In this document: positions 42,271 through 57,213 of the stretch, in pieces
How positions within the stretch are numbered: position 1 is the stretch's first letter
Layout of the letters: each line of letters begins with the position of its first letter
Source: Eledone cirrhosa
Taxonomy: Eukaryota
Assembly (NCBI GenBank): GCA_964016885.1
Contig: OZ024744.1
Span: 10,602,001 to 10,666,000, forward strand
DNA length: 64,000 nt
Reading direction: 5' to 3'
Made by a program: the position numbers and the translations under genes
Notes under the pieces: generated by a model
The model's input: only the letters and a program-made list of their open reading frames with translations
The model's database searches: none
Told to the model about the DNA's origin: nothing

Positions 42271-45199
42271 ATACTCCAATATGTCATGTTGTTGTACTCC
42301 AATATGTCGTATTGTTGTACTCCAATATGTTTTGATGTTGTACTCCAATATGTTGTGTTGTTGTACTCCAATATGTTGTGTAGTCGTACTCCAATATGTT
42401 GTATTGTTATACTACAATATGTTGTGCTGTTGTACTCCAATATGTTCTGTTGTTGTACTCCAATATATTGTGTTGCTGTACTCCAATATGTCGTGTTGTT
42501 GTACTCCAATATGTTGTGTTGTTGTACTCCAATATGTTGTGTTGTTGTACTCCAATATGTTGTGTTGTTATACTCCAATATGTTATGTTGTTGTACTCCA
42601 ATATGTCATGTTGTTGTACTCCAATATGTTTTGATGTTGTACTCCAATATGTTGTGTTGTTGTACTTCAATATGTTTTGATGTTGTACTCCAATATGTTG
42701 TGTTGTTGTACTCCAATAGGTTGTGTAGTCGTACTCCAATATGTTGTGTTGTTGTACTCCAATATGATGTGATGTTGTACTCCAATATGATGTGCTGTTG
42801 TACTCCAATGCGTTGTGTTGTTGTACTCCAATATGCTGTGTTGTTATACTCCAATATGTTGTGTTGTTATACTCCAATATGTTGTGTTGGTGTAATCCAA
42901 TATCTTGTGTTATTTTACTCCAATATGTTGTGTTGTTGTACTCCAATATGTTGTGTTGTTGTAATCCAATATCTTGTGTTGTTATACTCCAATATGTTGT
43001 GCTTTTGTACTCCAATATGTTGAGTTGTTATACTCCAATATGTAGTGTTGTTATACTCCAATATGTTGTGTTGTTGTACTCCAATCTGTTGCGTTATACT
43101 CCAATATGTTGTGTTGTTATACTCCAATATGTTGTGTTGTTATACTCCAATATGTTGTGTTGTTATACTCCAATATGTTGTGTTGTTTTACTCCAATATG
43201 TTGTATTGTTGATCTCCAATATGTCATATTATACTCCAATAAGTTGTGTTCTTGTACTCCAATATGTTTTGTTGTTGTACTCCAATATGTTGCTTTGTTG
43301 TACTCCAATATATCATGTTGTCGTACTGCAATATGTCATGTTATACTCCAATATGTTTTGATGCTGTACTCCAATATGTTGTGTTGTTGTACTACAATAT
43401 GTTGTGTTGTTGTACTCCAATATGTTGTGTTGTTATACTCCAATATGTTGTGCTGTTGTACTCCAATATGTTGTGTTGTTATACTCCAATATGTAGTGTT
43501 GTTATACTCCAATATGTTGTGTTGTTGTACTCCAATCTGCTGTGTTGTTATACTCCAATATATTGTGTTGTTATACTCCAATATGTTGTGTTGTTTTACT
43601 CCAATATGTTGTGTTGTTGTACTCCAATATGTTGTATTGTTGTTCTCCAATATGTCATGTTATACTCCAATAAGTTGTGTTCTTGTACTCCAATATGTTG
43701 TGTTGTTGTACTCCAATATGTTGTGTTGTTGTACTCCAATATATCATGTTGTCGTACTCCAATATGTCATGTTATACTCCAATATGTCGTTGTTATACTC
43801 CAATAGGTCATGATGTTGTACTCCAATATGTCGCGTTGTCGTACTCCAATATGTTGTGTTGTACTCCAATATGTTGTGCTGTTGTACTCCAATATGTTGT
43901 GTTGTTGTACTCCAATATGTTGTGTTGTTATACTCCAATATGTTGTGCTGTTGTACTCCAATATTTCGTGTTGTTGTACTCCAATACGTCGTGTTGTACT
44001 CCAATATGTTGTATTGTTATACTCCAATATGTTATGTTGTTGTACTCCAATATGTCTTGTTGTTGTACTCCAATATGTTTTGATGTTGTACTCCAATATG
44101 TTGTGTTGTTGTACTCCAATATGTTTTGATGTTGTACTCCAATATGTTGCGTTGTTGTACTCCAATATGTTGTGTTGTTATACTCCAATATGTTGTGTTG
44201 TTGTACTCCAATATGTTGTCTTGTTGTACTCCAAAAGGCCATGTTATCGTACTCCAATATGTCTTGTTATACTCCAATATGTCGTGTGGTTGTACTCCAA
44301 TATGTCATGTTGTTGTACTCCAATATGTCTTGATATAGTCCAATATGTCGTGTTGTTGTACTCCAATATGTTATGTAGTTGTATTCCAATATTTCGTGTT
44401 GTTGTACCCCAATATGTCGTGTTGTTTATACTCCAATATGTTTTGCTGTTGTACTCCAATATGTTGTGTTGCTGTACTCCAATATGTTGTGTTGTTATTC
44501 TCCAATATGTTGTGCTATTGTACTCCAATGTGTTATGTTGTTATACTCCAATATGTTGTGCTGTGCTACTCCAATATATTGTGTTGTTGTACTCCAATGT
44601 GTTGTATTGTTATACTCCAATATGTTGTGTTGATTTACTCCAATATGTTGTGTTGTTGTACTCCAATCTGTTGTGTTGTTATACTCCAATATGTTGTGTT
44701 GTTATACTCCAATATGTTGTGTTGTTTTACTCCAATATGTTGTGTTGTTGTACTCCAATATGTTGTGTTGTTGTACTCCAATATGTTGTGTTGTTGTAAT
44801 CCAATATCTTGTGTTGTTATACTCCAATATGTTGTGTTGTTGTACTCCAATATGTTGTGTTGTTATACTCCAATATGTTGTGTTGTGATACTCCAATATG
44901 TTGTGCTGTTGTACTCCAATATGTTGTGTTGTTATACTCCAATATGTTGTGTTGTTTTACTCCAATATGTTGTGTTGTTGTACTCCAATATGTTGTATTG
45001 TTGTTCTCCAATATGTCATGTTATACTCCAATAAGTTGTGTTCTTGTACTCCAATATGTTGTGTTGTTGTACTCCAATATATCATGTTGTCGTACTCCAA
45101 TATGTCATGTTATACTCCAATATGTCGTTGTTATACTCCAATATGTCGTATTGTTGTACTCCAATATGTTTTGATGTTGTACTCCAATATGTTGTGTTG

Positions 45200-48100
45200 T
45201 TGTACTCCAATATGTTGTGTAGTCGTACTCCAATATGTTGTATTGTTATACTCCAATATGTTGTGCTGTTGTACTCCAATATGTTCTGTTGTTGTACTCC
45301 AATATATTGTGTTGTTGTACTCCAATATGTCGTGTTGTTGTACTCCAATATGTTGTGTTGTTGTACTCCAATATGTTGTGTTGTTGTACTCCAATATGTT
45401 GTGTTGTTATACTCCAATATGTTATGTTGTTGTACTCCAATATGTCATGTTGTTGTACTCCAATATGTTTTGATGTTGTACCCCAATATGTTGTGTTGTT
45501 GTACTCCAATATGTTTTGATGTTGTACTCCAATATGTTGTGTTGTTGTACTCCAATATGTTGTGCAGTCGTACTCCAATATGTTGTGTTGTTGTACTCCA
45601 ATATGCTGTGATGGTGTACTCCAATATGATGTGCTGTTGTACTCCAATGTGTTGTGTTGTTGTACTCCAATATGCTGTGTTGTTATACTCCAATATGTTG
45701 TGTTGTTGTACTCCAATATGTTGTGTTGTTGTACTCCAATATGTTGTGTTGTTGTAATCCAATATCTTGTGTTGTTATACTCCAATATGTTGTGTTGTTG
45801 TACTCCAATATGTTGAGTTGTTATACTCCAATATGTAGTGTTGTTATACTCCAATATGTTGTGTTGTTGTACTCCAATCTGTTGCGTTATACTCCAATAT
45901 GTTGTGTTGTTATACTCCAATATGTTGTGTTGTTATACTCCAATATGTTGTGTTGTTTTACTCCAATATGTTGTATTGTTGATCTCCAATATGTCATATT
46001 ATACTCCAATAAGTTGTGTTCTTGTACTCCAATATGTGTTGTTGTTGTACTCCAATATGTTGCGTTGTTGTACTCCAATATATCATGTTGTCGTACTCCA
46101 ATATGTCATGTTATACTCCAATATGTTTTGATGCTGTACTCCAATATGTTGTGTTGTTGTACTACAATATGTTGTGTTGTTGTACTCCAATATGTTGTGT
46201 TGTTATACTCCAATATGTTGTGCTGTTGTACTCCAATATGTTGTGTTGTTATACTCCAATATGTAGTGTTGTTATACTCCAATATGTTGTGTTGTTGTAC
46301 TCCAATCTGTTGTGTTGTTATACTCCAATATATTGTGTTGTTATACTCCAATATGTTGTGTTGTTTTACTCCAATATGTTGTGTTGTTGTACTCCAATAT
46401 GTTGTATTGTTGTTCTCCAATATGTCATGTTATACTCCAATAAGTTGTGTTCTTGTACTCCAATATGTCGTGTTGTTGTACTCCAATATGTTGTGTTGTT
46501 GTACTCCAACATATCATGTTGTTGTACTCCAGTATGTCTTGTTATACTCCAATATGTCGTGTTGCTGTACTCCAATATGTCATGATGTTGTACTCCAATA
46601 TGTTTTGCTGTTGTACTCCACTGTGTTGTGTTGTTGAACTCCAATATGTTGTGTTGTTGTTCTCCAATATTTTGTGCTGTTGTACTCCAATTTGTGTTGT
46701 TGTACTCCAATATGTTGTGTTGTTGTACTCCAATATGTTGTGTTGTTATACTCCAATATTTCGTGTTGTTGTACTCCAATACGCCGTGTTGTTGTACTCC
46801 AATATGTTTTGATGTTGTACTCCAATATGTTGTGTTGTTGTACTCCAATATATTTTGATGTTGTACTCCAATATGTTGTGTTGTTGTACTCCAATATGCT
46901 GTGATGTTGTACTCCAATATGATGTGATGTTGTACTCCAATGCGTTGTGTTGTTGTACTCCAATGTGATGTGTTGTTGTACTCCAATATGTTGTGTCGTT
47001 GTACTCCAATATTTTTTTTATTTTTGTACTCCAATATGTTGTGTTGTTATACTCCAATATGTTGTGTTGTTATACTCCAATATGTTGTGCTGTTGTACTC
47101 CAAATCTCGTGTTGTTATACTCCAATGTGTTGTGTTGTTATACTCCAATATGGTGTGTTGTTGTACTCCAATATGTTGTATTGTTTTTTTCCAATATGTC
47201 ATGTTATACTCCAATATGTTGTGTTCGTGTACTCCAATATGTTGTGTTATTGTACTCCAATATGTTGCGTTGTTGTACTCCAATATGTTGTGTTGTTATA
47301 CTCCAATATGTTGTGTTGTTGTACTCCAATATGTTGTCTTGTTGTACTCCAAAAGGCCATGTTATCGTACTCCAATATGTCTTGTTATACTCCAATATGT
47401 CGTGTGGCTGTACTCCAATATGTCATGTTGTTGTACTCCAATATGTCTTGTTATAGTCCAATATGTCGTGTTGTTGTACTCCAATATGTTATGTAGTAGT
47501 ATTCCAATATTTCGTGTTGTTGTACCCCAATATGTCGTGTTGTTTATACTCCAATATGTTTTGCTGTTGTACTCCAATATGTTGTGTTGCTGTACTCCAA
47601 TATGTTGTGTTGTTATTCTCCAATATGTTGTGCTGTTGTACTCCAATGTGTTATGTTGTTATACTCCAATATGTTGTGCTGTGCTACTCCAATATATTGT
47701 GTTGTTGTACTCCAATGTGTTGTGTTGTTATACTCCAATATGTTGTGTTGACTTACTCCAATATGTTGTGTTGTACTCCAATCTGTTGTGTTGTTATACT
47801 CCAATATGTTGTGTTGTTATACTCCAATATGTTGTGTTGTTTTACTCCAATATGTTGTGTTGTTGTACTCCAATATGTTGTGTTGTTGTACTCCAATATC
47901 TTGTGTTGTTGTAATCCAATATCTTGTGTTGTTATACTCCAATATGTTGTGTTGTTGTACTCCAATATGTTGTGTTGTTATACTCCAATATGTTGTGTTG
48001 TGATACTCCAATATGTTGTGCTGTTGTACTCCAATATGTTGTGTTGTTATACTCCAATATGTTGTGTTGTTTTACTCCAATATGTTGTGTTGTTGTACTC

Positions 48101-51100
48101 CAATATGTTGTGTTGTTGTACTCCAATATATCATGTTGTCGTACTCCAATATGTCATGTTATACTCCAATATGTCGTTGTTATACTCCAATATGTCATGT
48201 TGTTGTACTCCAATATGTCGTATTGTTGTACTCCAATATGTTTTGATGTTGTACTCCAATATGTTCTGTTGTTGTACTCCAATATATTGTGTTGTTGTAC
48301 TCCAATATGTCGTGTTGTTGTACTCCAATATGTCGTGTTTTTGTACTCCAATATGTTGTGTTGTTGTACTCCAATATGTTGTGTTGTTGTACTCCAATAT
48401 GTTGTGTTGTTATACTCCAATATGTTATGTTGTTGTACTCCAATATGTCATGTTGTTGTACTCCAATATGTTTTGATGTTGTACTCCAATATGTTGTGTT
48501 GTGTACTCCAATATGGTTTGATGTTGTACTCCAATATGTTGTGTTGTTGTACTCCAATATGCTGTGTAGTCGTACTCCAATATGTTGTGTTGTTGTACTC
48601 CAATATGCTGTGATGTTGTACTCCAATATGATGTGCTGTTGTACTCCAATGCATTGTGTTGTTGTACTCCAATATGCTGTGTTGTTATACTCCAATATGT
48701 TGTGTTGTTGTACTCCAATATGTTGTGTTGTTGTACTCCAATATGTTGTGTTGTTGTAATCCAATATCTTGTGCTGTTATACTCCAATATGTTGTGCTGT
48801 TGTACTCCAATATGTTGAGTTGTTATACTCCAATATGTAGTGTTGTTATACTCCAATATGTTGTGTTGTTGTACTCCAATCTGTTGCGTTATACTCCAAT
48901 ATGTTGTGTTGTTATACTCCAATATGTTGTGTTGTTTTACTCCAATATGTTGTATTGTTGATCTCCAATATGTCATATTATACTCCAATAAGTTGTGTTC
49001 TTGTACTCCAATATGTGTTGTTGTTGTACTCCAATATGTTGCGTTGTTGTACTCCAATATATCATGTTGTCGTACTCCAATATGTCATGTTATACTCCAA
49101 TATGTTTTGATGCTGTACTCCAATATGTTGTGTTGTTGTACTACAATATGTTGTGTTGTTGTACTCCAATATGTTGTGTTGTTATACTCCAATATGTTGT
49201 GCTGTTGTACTCCAATATGTTGTGTTGTTATACTCCAATATGTAGTGTTGTTATACTCCAATATGTTGTGTTGTTGTACTCCAATCTGTTGTGTTGTTAT
49301 ACTGCAATATATTGTGTTGTTATACTCCAATATGTTGTGTTGTTTTACTCCAATATGTTGTGTTGTTGTACTCCAATATGCTGTATTGTTGTTCTCCAAT
49401 ATGTCATGTTATACTCCAATAAGTTGTGTTCTTGTACTCCAATATGTTGTGTTGTTGTACTCCAATATGTTGTGTTGTTGTACTCCAATATATCATGTTG
49501 TCGTACTCCAATATGTCATGTTATACTCCAATATGTTTTGATGCTGTACTCCAATATGTTGTGTTGTTGTACTACAATATGTTGTGTTGTTGTACTCCAA
49601 TATGTTGTGTTGTTATACTCCAATATGTTGTGCTGTTGTACTCCAATATGTTGTGTTGTTATACTCCAATATGTAGTGTTGTTATACTCCAATATGTTGT
49701 GTTGTTGTACTCCAATCTGTTGTGTTGTTATACTCCAATATGTTGTGTAGTCGTACTCCAATATGTTGTATTGTTATACTCCAATATGTTGTGCTGTTGT
49801 ACTCCAATATGTTCTGTTGTTGTACTCCAATATATTGTGTTGTTGTACTCCAATATGTCGTGTTGTTGTACTCCAATATGTTGTGTTGTTGTACTCCAAT
49901 ATGTTGTGTTGTTGTACTCCAATATGTTGTGTTGTTATACTCCAATATGTTATGTTGTTGTACTCCAATATGTCATGTTGTTGTACTCCAATATGTTTTG
50001 ATGTTGTACTCCAATATGTTGTGTTGTTGTACTCCAATATGTTTTGATGTTGTACTCCAATATGTTGTGTTGTTGTACTCCAATATGCTGTGATGGTGTA
50101 CTCCAATATGATGTGCTGTTGTACTCCAATGTGTTGTGTTGTTGTACTCCAATATGCTGTGTTGTTATACTCCAATATGTTGTGTTGTTGTACTCCAATA
50201 TGTTGTGTTGTTGTACTCCAATATGTTGTGTTGTTGTAATCCAATATCTTGTGTTGTTATACTCCAATATGTTGTGTTGTTGTACTCCAATATGTTGAGT
50301 CGTTATACTCCAATATGTAGTGTTGTTATACTCCAATATGTTGTGTTGTTGTACTCCAATCTGTTGCGTTATACTCCAATATGTTGTGTTGTTATACTCC
50401 AATATGTTGTGTTGTTATACTCCAATATGTTGTGTTGTTTTACTCCAATATGTTGTATTGTTGATCTCCAATATGTCATATTATACTCCAATAAGTTGTG
50501 TTCTTGTACTCCAATATGTGTTGTTGTTGTACTCCAATATGTTGCGTTGTTGTACTCCAATATATCATGTTGTCGTACTCCAATATGTCATGTTATACTC
50601 CAATATGTTTTGATGCTGTACTCCAATATGTTGTGTTGTTGTACTACAATATGTTGTGTTGTTGTACTCCAATATGTTGTGTTGTTATACTCCAATATGT
50701 TGTGCTGTTGTACTCCAATATGTTGTGTTGTTATACTCCAATATGTAGTGTTGTTATACTCCAATATGTTGTGTTGTTGTACTCCTATCTGTTGTGTTGT
50801 TATACTCCAATATATTGTGTTGTTATACTCCAATATGTTGTGTTGTTTTACTCCAATATGTTGTGTTGTTGTACTCCAATATGTTGTATTGTTGTTCTCC
50901 AATATGTCATGTTATACTCCAATAAGTTGTGTTCTTGTACTCCAATATGTCGTGTTGTTGTACTCCAATATGTTGTGTTGTTGTACTCCAACATATCATG
51001 TTGTTGTACTCCAGTATGTCTTGTTATACTCCAATATGTCGTGTTGCTGTACTCCAATATGTCATGATGTTGTACTCCAATATGTTTTGCTGTTGTACTC

Positions 51101-51630
51101 CACTGTGTTGTGTTGTTGAACTCCAATATGTTGTGTTGTTGTTCTCCAATATTTTGTGCTGTTGTACTCCAATTTGTGTTGTTGTACTCCAATATGTTGT
51201 GTTGTTGTACTCCAATATGTTGTGTTGTTATACTCCAATATTTCGTGTTGTTGTACTCCAATACGCCGTGTTGTTGTACTCCAATATCTTTTGATGTTGT
51301 ACTCCAATATGTTGTGTTGTTGTACTCCAATATATTTTGATGTTGTACTCCAATATGTTGTGTTGTTGTACTCCAATATGCTGTGATGTTGTACTCCAAT
51401 ATGATGTGATGTTGTACTCCAATGCGTTGTGTTGTTGTACTCCAATGTGATGTGTTGTTGTACTCCAATATGTTGTGTCGTTGTACTCCAATATTTTTTT
51501 TATTTTTGTACTCCAATATGTTGTGTTGTTATACTCCAATATGTTGTGTTGTTATACTCCAATATGTTGTGCTGTTGTACTCCAAATCTCGTGTTGTTAT
51601 ACTCCAATGTGTTGTGTTGTTATACTCCAA
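45200..51630 (+). repeat. ~4.5-kb local duplication (about 45.2-47.15 kb repeated at about 49.74-51.63 kb)
   Basis: ORF pairs 45235/49763 (offset 4528), and 45654/50136, 46366/50848, 46940/51422 (offset 4482). Shared private variants CCAACATATC, CCAGTATG, CCACTGTG, ACGCCGTG. Confidence 0.85.
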
Positions 51631-53800
51631 TATGTCTTGTTATACTCCAATATGTCGTGTGGCTGTACTCCAATATGTCATGTTGTTGTACTCCAATATG
51701 TCTTGTTATAGTCCAATATGTCGTGTTGTTGTACTCCAATATGTTATGTAGTAGTATTCCAATATTTCGTGTTGTTGTACCCCAATATGTCGTGTTGTTT
51801 ATACTCCAATATGTCTTGCTGTTGTACTCCAATATGTTGTGTTGCTGTACTCCAATATGTTGTGTTGTTATTCTCCAATATGTTGTGCTGTTGTACTCCA
51901 ATGTGTTATGTTGTTATACTCCAATATGTTGTGCTGTGCTACTCCAATATATTGTGTTGTTGTACTCCAATGTGTTGTGTTGTTATACTCTAATATGTTG
52001 TGTTGACTTACTCCAATATGTTGTGTTGTTGTACTCCAATCTGTTGTGTTGTTATACTCCAATATGTTGTGTTGTTATACTCCAATATGTTGTGTTGTTT
52101 TACTCCAATATGTTGTGTTGTTGTACTCCAATATGTTGTGTTGTTGTACTCCAATATGTTGTGTTGTTGTAATCCAATATCTTGTGTTGTTATACTCCAA
52201 TATGTTGTGTTGTTGTACTCCAATATGTTGTGTTGTTATACTCCAATATGTTGTGTTGTGATACTCCAATATGTTGTGCTGTTGTACTCCAATATGTTGT
52301 GTTGTTATACTCCAATATGTTGTGTTGTTTTACTCCAATATGTTGTTGTTGTACTCCAATATGTTGTATTGTTGTTCTCCAATATGTCATGTTATACTCC
52401 AATAAGTTGTGTTCTTGTACTCCAATATGTTGTGTTGTTGTACTCCAATATATCATGTTGTCGTACTCCAATATGTCATGTTATACTCCAATATGTCGTT
52501 GTTATACTCCAATATGTCATGTTGTTGTACTCCAATGTGTCGTATTGTTGTACTCCAATATGTTTTGATGTTGTACTCCAATATGTTGTGTTGTTGTACT
52601 CCAATATGTTGTGTAGCCGTACTCCAATATGTTGTATTGTTATACTCCAATATGTTGTGTTGTTGTACTCCAATATGTTGTGTAGTCGTACTCCAATATG
52701 TTGTATTGTTGTACTCCAATATGTCGTGTTGTTGTACTCCAATATGTTGTGTTGTTGTACTCCAATATGTTGTGCTGTTGTACTCCAATATGTTGTGTTG
52801 TTATACTCCAATATGTTATGTTGTTGTACTCCAATATGTCATGTTGTTGTACTCCAATATGTTTTGATGTTGTACTCCAATATGTTGTGTTGTTGTACTC
52901 CAATATGCTGTGTAGTCGTACTCCAATATGTTGTGTTGTTGTACTCCAATATGCTGTGATGTTGTACTCCAATATGATGTGCTGTTGTACTCCAATGCGT
53001 TGTGTTGTTGTACTCCAATATGCTGTGTTGTTATACTCCAATATGTTGTGTTGTTGTACTCCAATATGTTGTGTTGTTGTACTCTAATATGTTGTGTTGT
53101 TGTAATCCAATATCTTGTGTTGTTATACTCCAATATGTTGTGCTGTTGTACTCCAATATGTTGAGTTGTTATACTCCAATATGTAGTGTTGTTATACTCC
53201 AATATGTTGTGTTGTTGTACTCCAATCTGTGGCGTTATACTCCAATATGTTGTGTTGTTATACTCCAATATGTTGTGTTGTTATACTCCAATATGTTGTG
53301 TTGTTTTACTCCAATATGTTGTATTGTTGATCTCCAATATGTCATATTATACTCCAATAAGTTGTGTTCTTGTACTCCAATATGTGTTGTTGTTGTACTC
53401 CAATATGTTGCGTTGTTGTACTCCAATATATCATGTTGTCGTACTCCAATATGTCATGTTATACTCCAATATGTTTTGATGCTGTACTCCAATATGTTGT
53501 GTTGTTGTACTACAATATGTTGTGTTGTTGTACTCCAATATGTTGTGTTGTTATACTCCAATATGTTGTGCTGTTGTACTCCAATATGTTGTGTTGTTAT
53601 ACTCCAATATGTAGTGTTGTTATACTCCAATATGTTGTGTTGTTATACTCCAATCTGTTGTGTTGTTATACTCCAATATATTGTGTTGTTATACTCCAAT
53701 ATGTTGTGTTGTTTTACTCCAATATGTTGTGTTGTTGTACTCCAATATGTTGTATTGTTGTTCTCCAATATGTCATGTTATACTCCAATAAGTTGTGTTC
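47014..53800 (+). repeat. First copy of a 10,200-bp-period duplication (portion whose partner is visible in the window)
   Basis: ORFs from 47047 to 53235 have identical partners exactly 10,200 bp downstream wherever the partner fits in the window. Compared sequence lines (47041/57241, 48001/58201, 50281/60481, 51961/62161, 53761/63961) are identical. Confidence 0.93.
48975..49745 (+). repeat. 431-bp (19-monomer) sub-repeat in tandem
   Basis: ORF pairs 48995/49426 and 49085/49516 at offset 431. The marker AATAAGTTGTGTTCTTG recurs at 431-bp spacing here and at 14658/15089, 24700/25131, 37644/38075, 43246/43677 and 46016/46447. Confidence 0.85.
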
Positions 53801-56800
53801 TTGTACTCCAATATGTTGTGTTGTTGTACTCCAATATGTTGTGTTGTTGTACTCCAATATATCATGTTGTCGTACTCCAATATGTCATGTTATACTCCAA
53901 TATGTCGTTGTTATACTCCAATAGGTCATGATGTTGTACTCCAATATGTCGCGTAGTCGTACTCCAATATGTTGTGTTGTACTCCAATATGTTGTGCTGT
54001 TGTACTCCAATATGTTGTGTTGTTGTACTCCAATATGTTGTGTTGTTATACTCCAATATGTTGTGCTGTTGTACTCCAATATTTCGTGTTGTTGTACTCC
54101 AATACGTCGTGTTGTACTCCAATATGTTGTATTGTTATACTCCAATATGTTATGTTGTTGTACTCCAATATGTCTTGTTGTTGTACTCCAATATGTTTTG
54201 ATGTTGTACTCCAATATGTTGTGTTGTTGTACTCCAATATGTTTTGATGTTGTACTCCAATATGTTGTGTTGTTGTACTCCAATATGTTGTGTAGTCGTA
54301 CTCCAATATGTTGCGTTGTTGTACTCTAATGTGTTGTGTTGTTATTCTCCAATATGTTGTGATGTTGTACTCCAATGCGTTGTGTTGTTGTACTCCAATG
54401 TGATGTGTTGTTATACTCCAATATGTTGTGCTGTTGTATTCCAATATTTTTTGTTTTTTGTACTCCAATATGTTGTGTTGTTATACTCCAATATGTTGTG
54501 TTATTATACTCCAATATGTTGTGCTGTTGTACTCCAAATCTCGTGTTGTTATACTCCAATGTGTTGTGTTGTTATACTCCAATATGGTGTGTTGTTGTAC
54601 TCCAATATGTTGTATTGTTTTCTCCAATATGTCATGTTATACTCCAATATGGTGTGTTCGTGTACTTCAATATGTTGTGTTATTGTACTCCAATATGTTG
54701 CGTTGTTGTACTCCAATATGTTGTGTTGTTATACTCCAATATGTCGTGTGGCTGTACTCCAATATGTCATGTTGTTGTACTCCAATATGTCTTGTTATAG
54801 TCCAATATGTCGTGTTGTTGTACTCCAATATATCATGTAGTTGTACTCCAATATTTCGTCTTGTTGTGCCCCAATATGTAGTGTTGTTTATACTCCAATA
54901 TGTTTTGCTGTTGTACTCCAATATGTTGTGTTGCTGTACTCCTATATGTTGTGTTGTTATTCTCCAATATGTTGTGCTGTTGTACTCCAATGTGTTGTGT
55001 TGTTATACTCCAATATGTTGTGTTGATTTACTCCAATATGTTGTGTTGTTGTACTCTAATCTGTTGTGTTGTTATACTCCAATGTGTTGTGTTGTTATAC
55101 TCCAATATGTTGTGTTGTTGTAGTCCAATATGTTGTGTTGTCGTACTCCAATATGTTGTGTTGTTATACTCCAATATTTCGTGTGGTTGTACTCCAATAT
55201 GTCATGGTGTTGTACTTCAATATGTCGTGTTGTTTTACTCCAATATGTTGTCTTGCTGTACTCCAATATGTTGTATTGTTGTACTTCAATATGTTCTGTT
55301 GGTGTACTCCAATATATTGTGTTGTTGTACTCCAATATGTTGTGTTGTTGTACTCCAATATGCTGTGTTGTTGTACTCCAATATGTTGTGTTGTTATACT
55401 CCAATATGTTGTGTTGTTGTACTCCAATATCTTGTGTTGTTATACTCCAATATGTTGTGTTGTTATACTCCAATATGTTGTGTTGTTGTACTCCAATATG
55501 TTGTGCTGTTGTACTCCAATATGATGTGCTGTTATACTCCAATATGTTGTGTTGTTGTACTCCAATGTATTGTGTTGTTGTACTCCAATATGTTGTGCCG
55601 TTGTACACCAATATTTTTTTTGTTTTTGTACTCCAAAATGTTGTGTTGTTATACTCCAATATGTTGTGTTTTTATACACCAATATGGTGTGCTGTTGTAA
55701 TCCAATATGTTATGTTGTACTCCAATATGTTGTGTTGTTATACTCCAATATGTAGTGTTGTTATACTCCAATATGTTGTGTTGTTGTACTCCAATCTGTT
55801 GTGTTATACTCCAATATGTTGTGTTGTTATACTCCAATATGTTGTGTCGTTATACTCCAATATGTTGTGTTGTTTTACTCCAATATGTTGTGTTGTTGTA
55901 CTCCAATATGTTGTATTGTTGTTCTCCAATATGTCATGCTATACTCCAACATGTCGTGTTGTAGTACTCCAATATGTGTTGATGTTGTACTCCAATATGT
56001 TGTGTTGTTGTACTCCAATATGTTGTGTTGTTGTACTCCAATATGTTGTGTTGTTGTACTCCAATATGTTATGTTGTTATACTCCAATATGCTGTGCTGT
56101 TGTACTCCAATATGTCATGTTGTTGTACTCCGATATTTCGTGTTGTTCTACTCCAATATTTCGTGTTGTTGTACTCCAATATGTCGTGGTGTTGTACTCC
56201 AATATGTTTTGATGTTGTACTCCAATATGTCGTGTTGTTGTACTCCAATATGTTGTGTTGTTGTACTCCAATATGCTGTGTTGTTATACTCCTATATGTT
56301 GTGCTGTTGTACTTCAATATGTTGTGTTCTACTCCAATATGTTGTGTTGTTATACTCCAATATGTTGTGTTGTTGTACTCCAATATGTTGTGTTGTTGTA
56401 CTCCAATATGTGATGTTGTTGTACTCCAATATGTCGTATTGTTGTACTCCAATATATTGTGTTGTTATACTCCAATATTTCGTGTTGTTTTAGTCCAATA
56501 TGTCATGTTGTTTTACTCCAATATTTCGTGTTGTTGTACTCCAATATGTCATGGTGTTGTACTTGAATATGTCGTATTGTTGTACTCCAATATGTTGTGT
56601 TGTTGTTCTCCAATATGTCGTGTTGTTATACTCCAATATGTTATGATGTTGTACTCCAATATATTGTGTTGTTGTACTCCAATATGTTGTGTTGCTGTAC
56701 TCCAATATGTTGTGTCGTTGTACTCCAATATGTTGTGTTGTTGTACTCCAATATGTTGTGTTGTTGTACTCCAATATGTTGTGTTGTTGTACTCCAATAT

Positions 56801-57213
56801 GTTGTGTTGTTGTACTCCAATATGTTGTGTTGTTGTACTTCAATATGTTGTGTTGTTGTACTCCAATAGGTTGTGTTGTTATACTCCAATATGTTGTGCT
56901 GTTGTACTCCAGTATTTCGTGTAGTTGTACTCCAATACGTCGTGTTGTTGTACTCCAATATGTTTTGATGTTGTACTCCAATATGTTGTGTTGTTGTACT
57001 CCAATATGTTTTGATGTTGTACTCCAATATGTTGTGTTGTTGTACTCCAATATCTTGTGTAGTCGTACTCCAATATGTTACGTTGTTGTACTCCAATATG
57101 CTGTGATGTTGTACTCCAATATGATGTGATGTTGTACTCCAATGCGTTGTATTGTTGTACTCCAATGTGATGTGTTGTTGTACTCCAATATGTTGTGCCG
57201 TTCTACTCCAATA

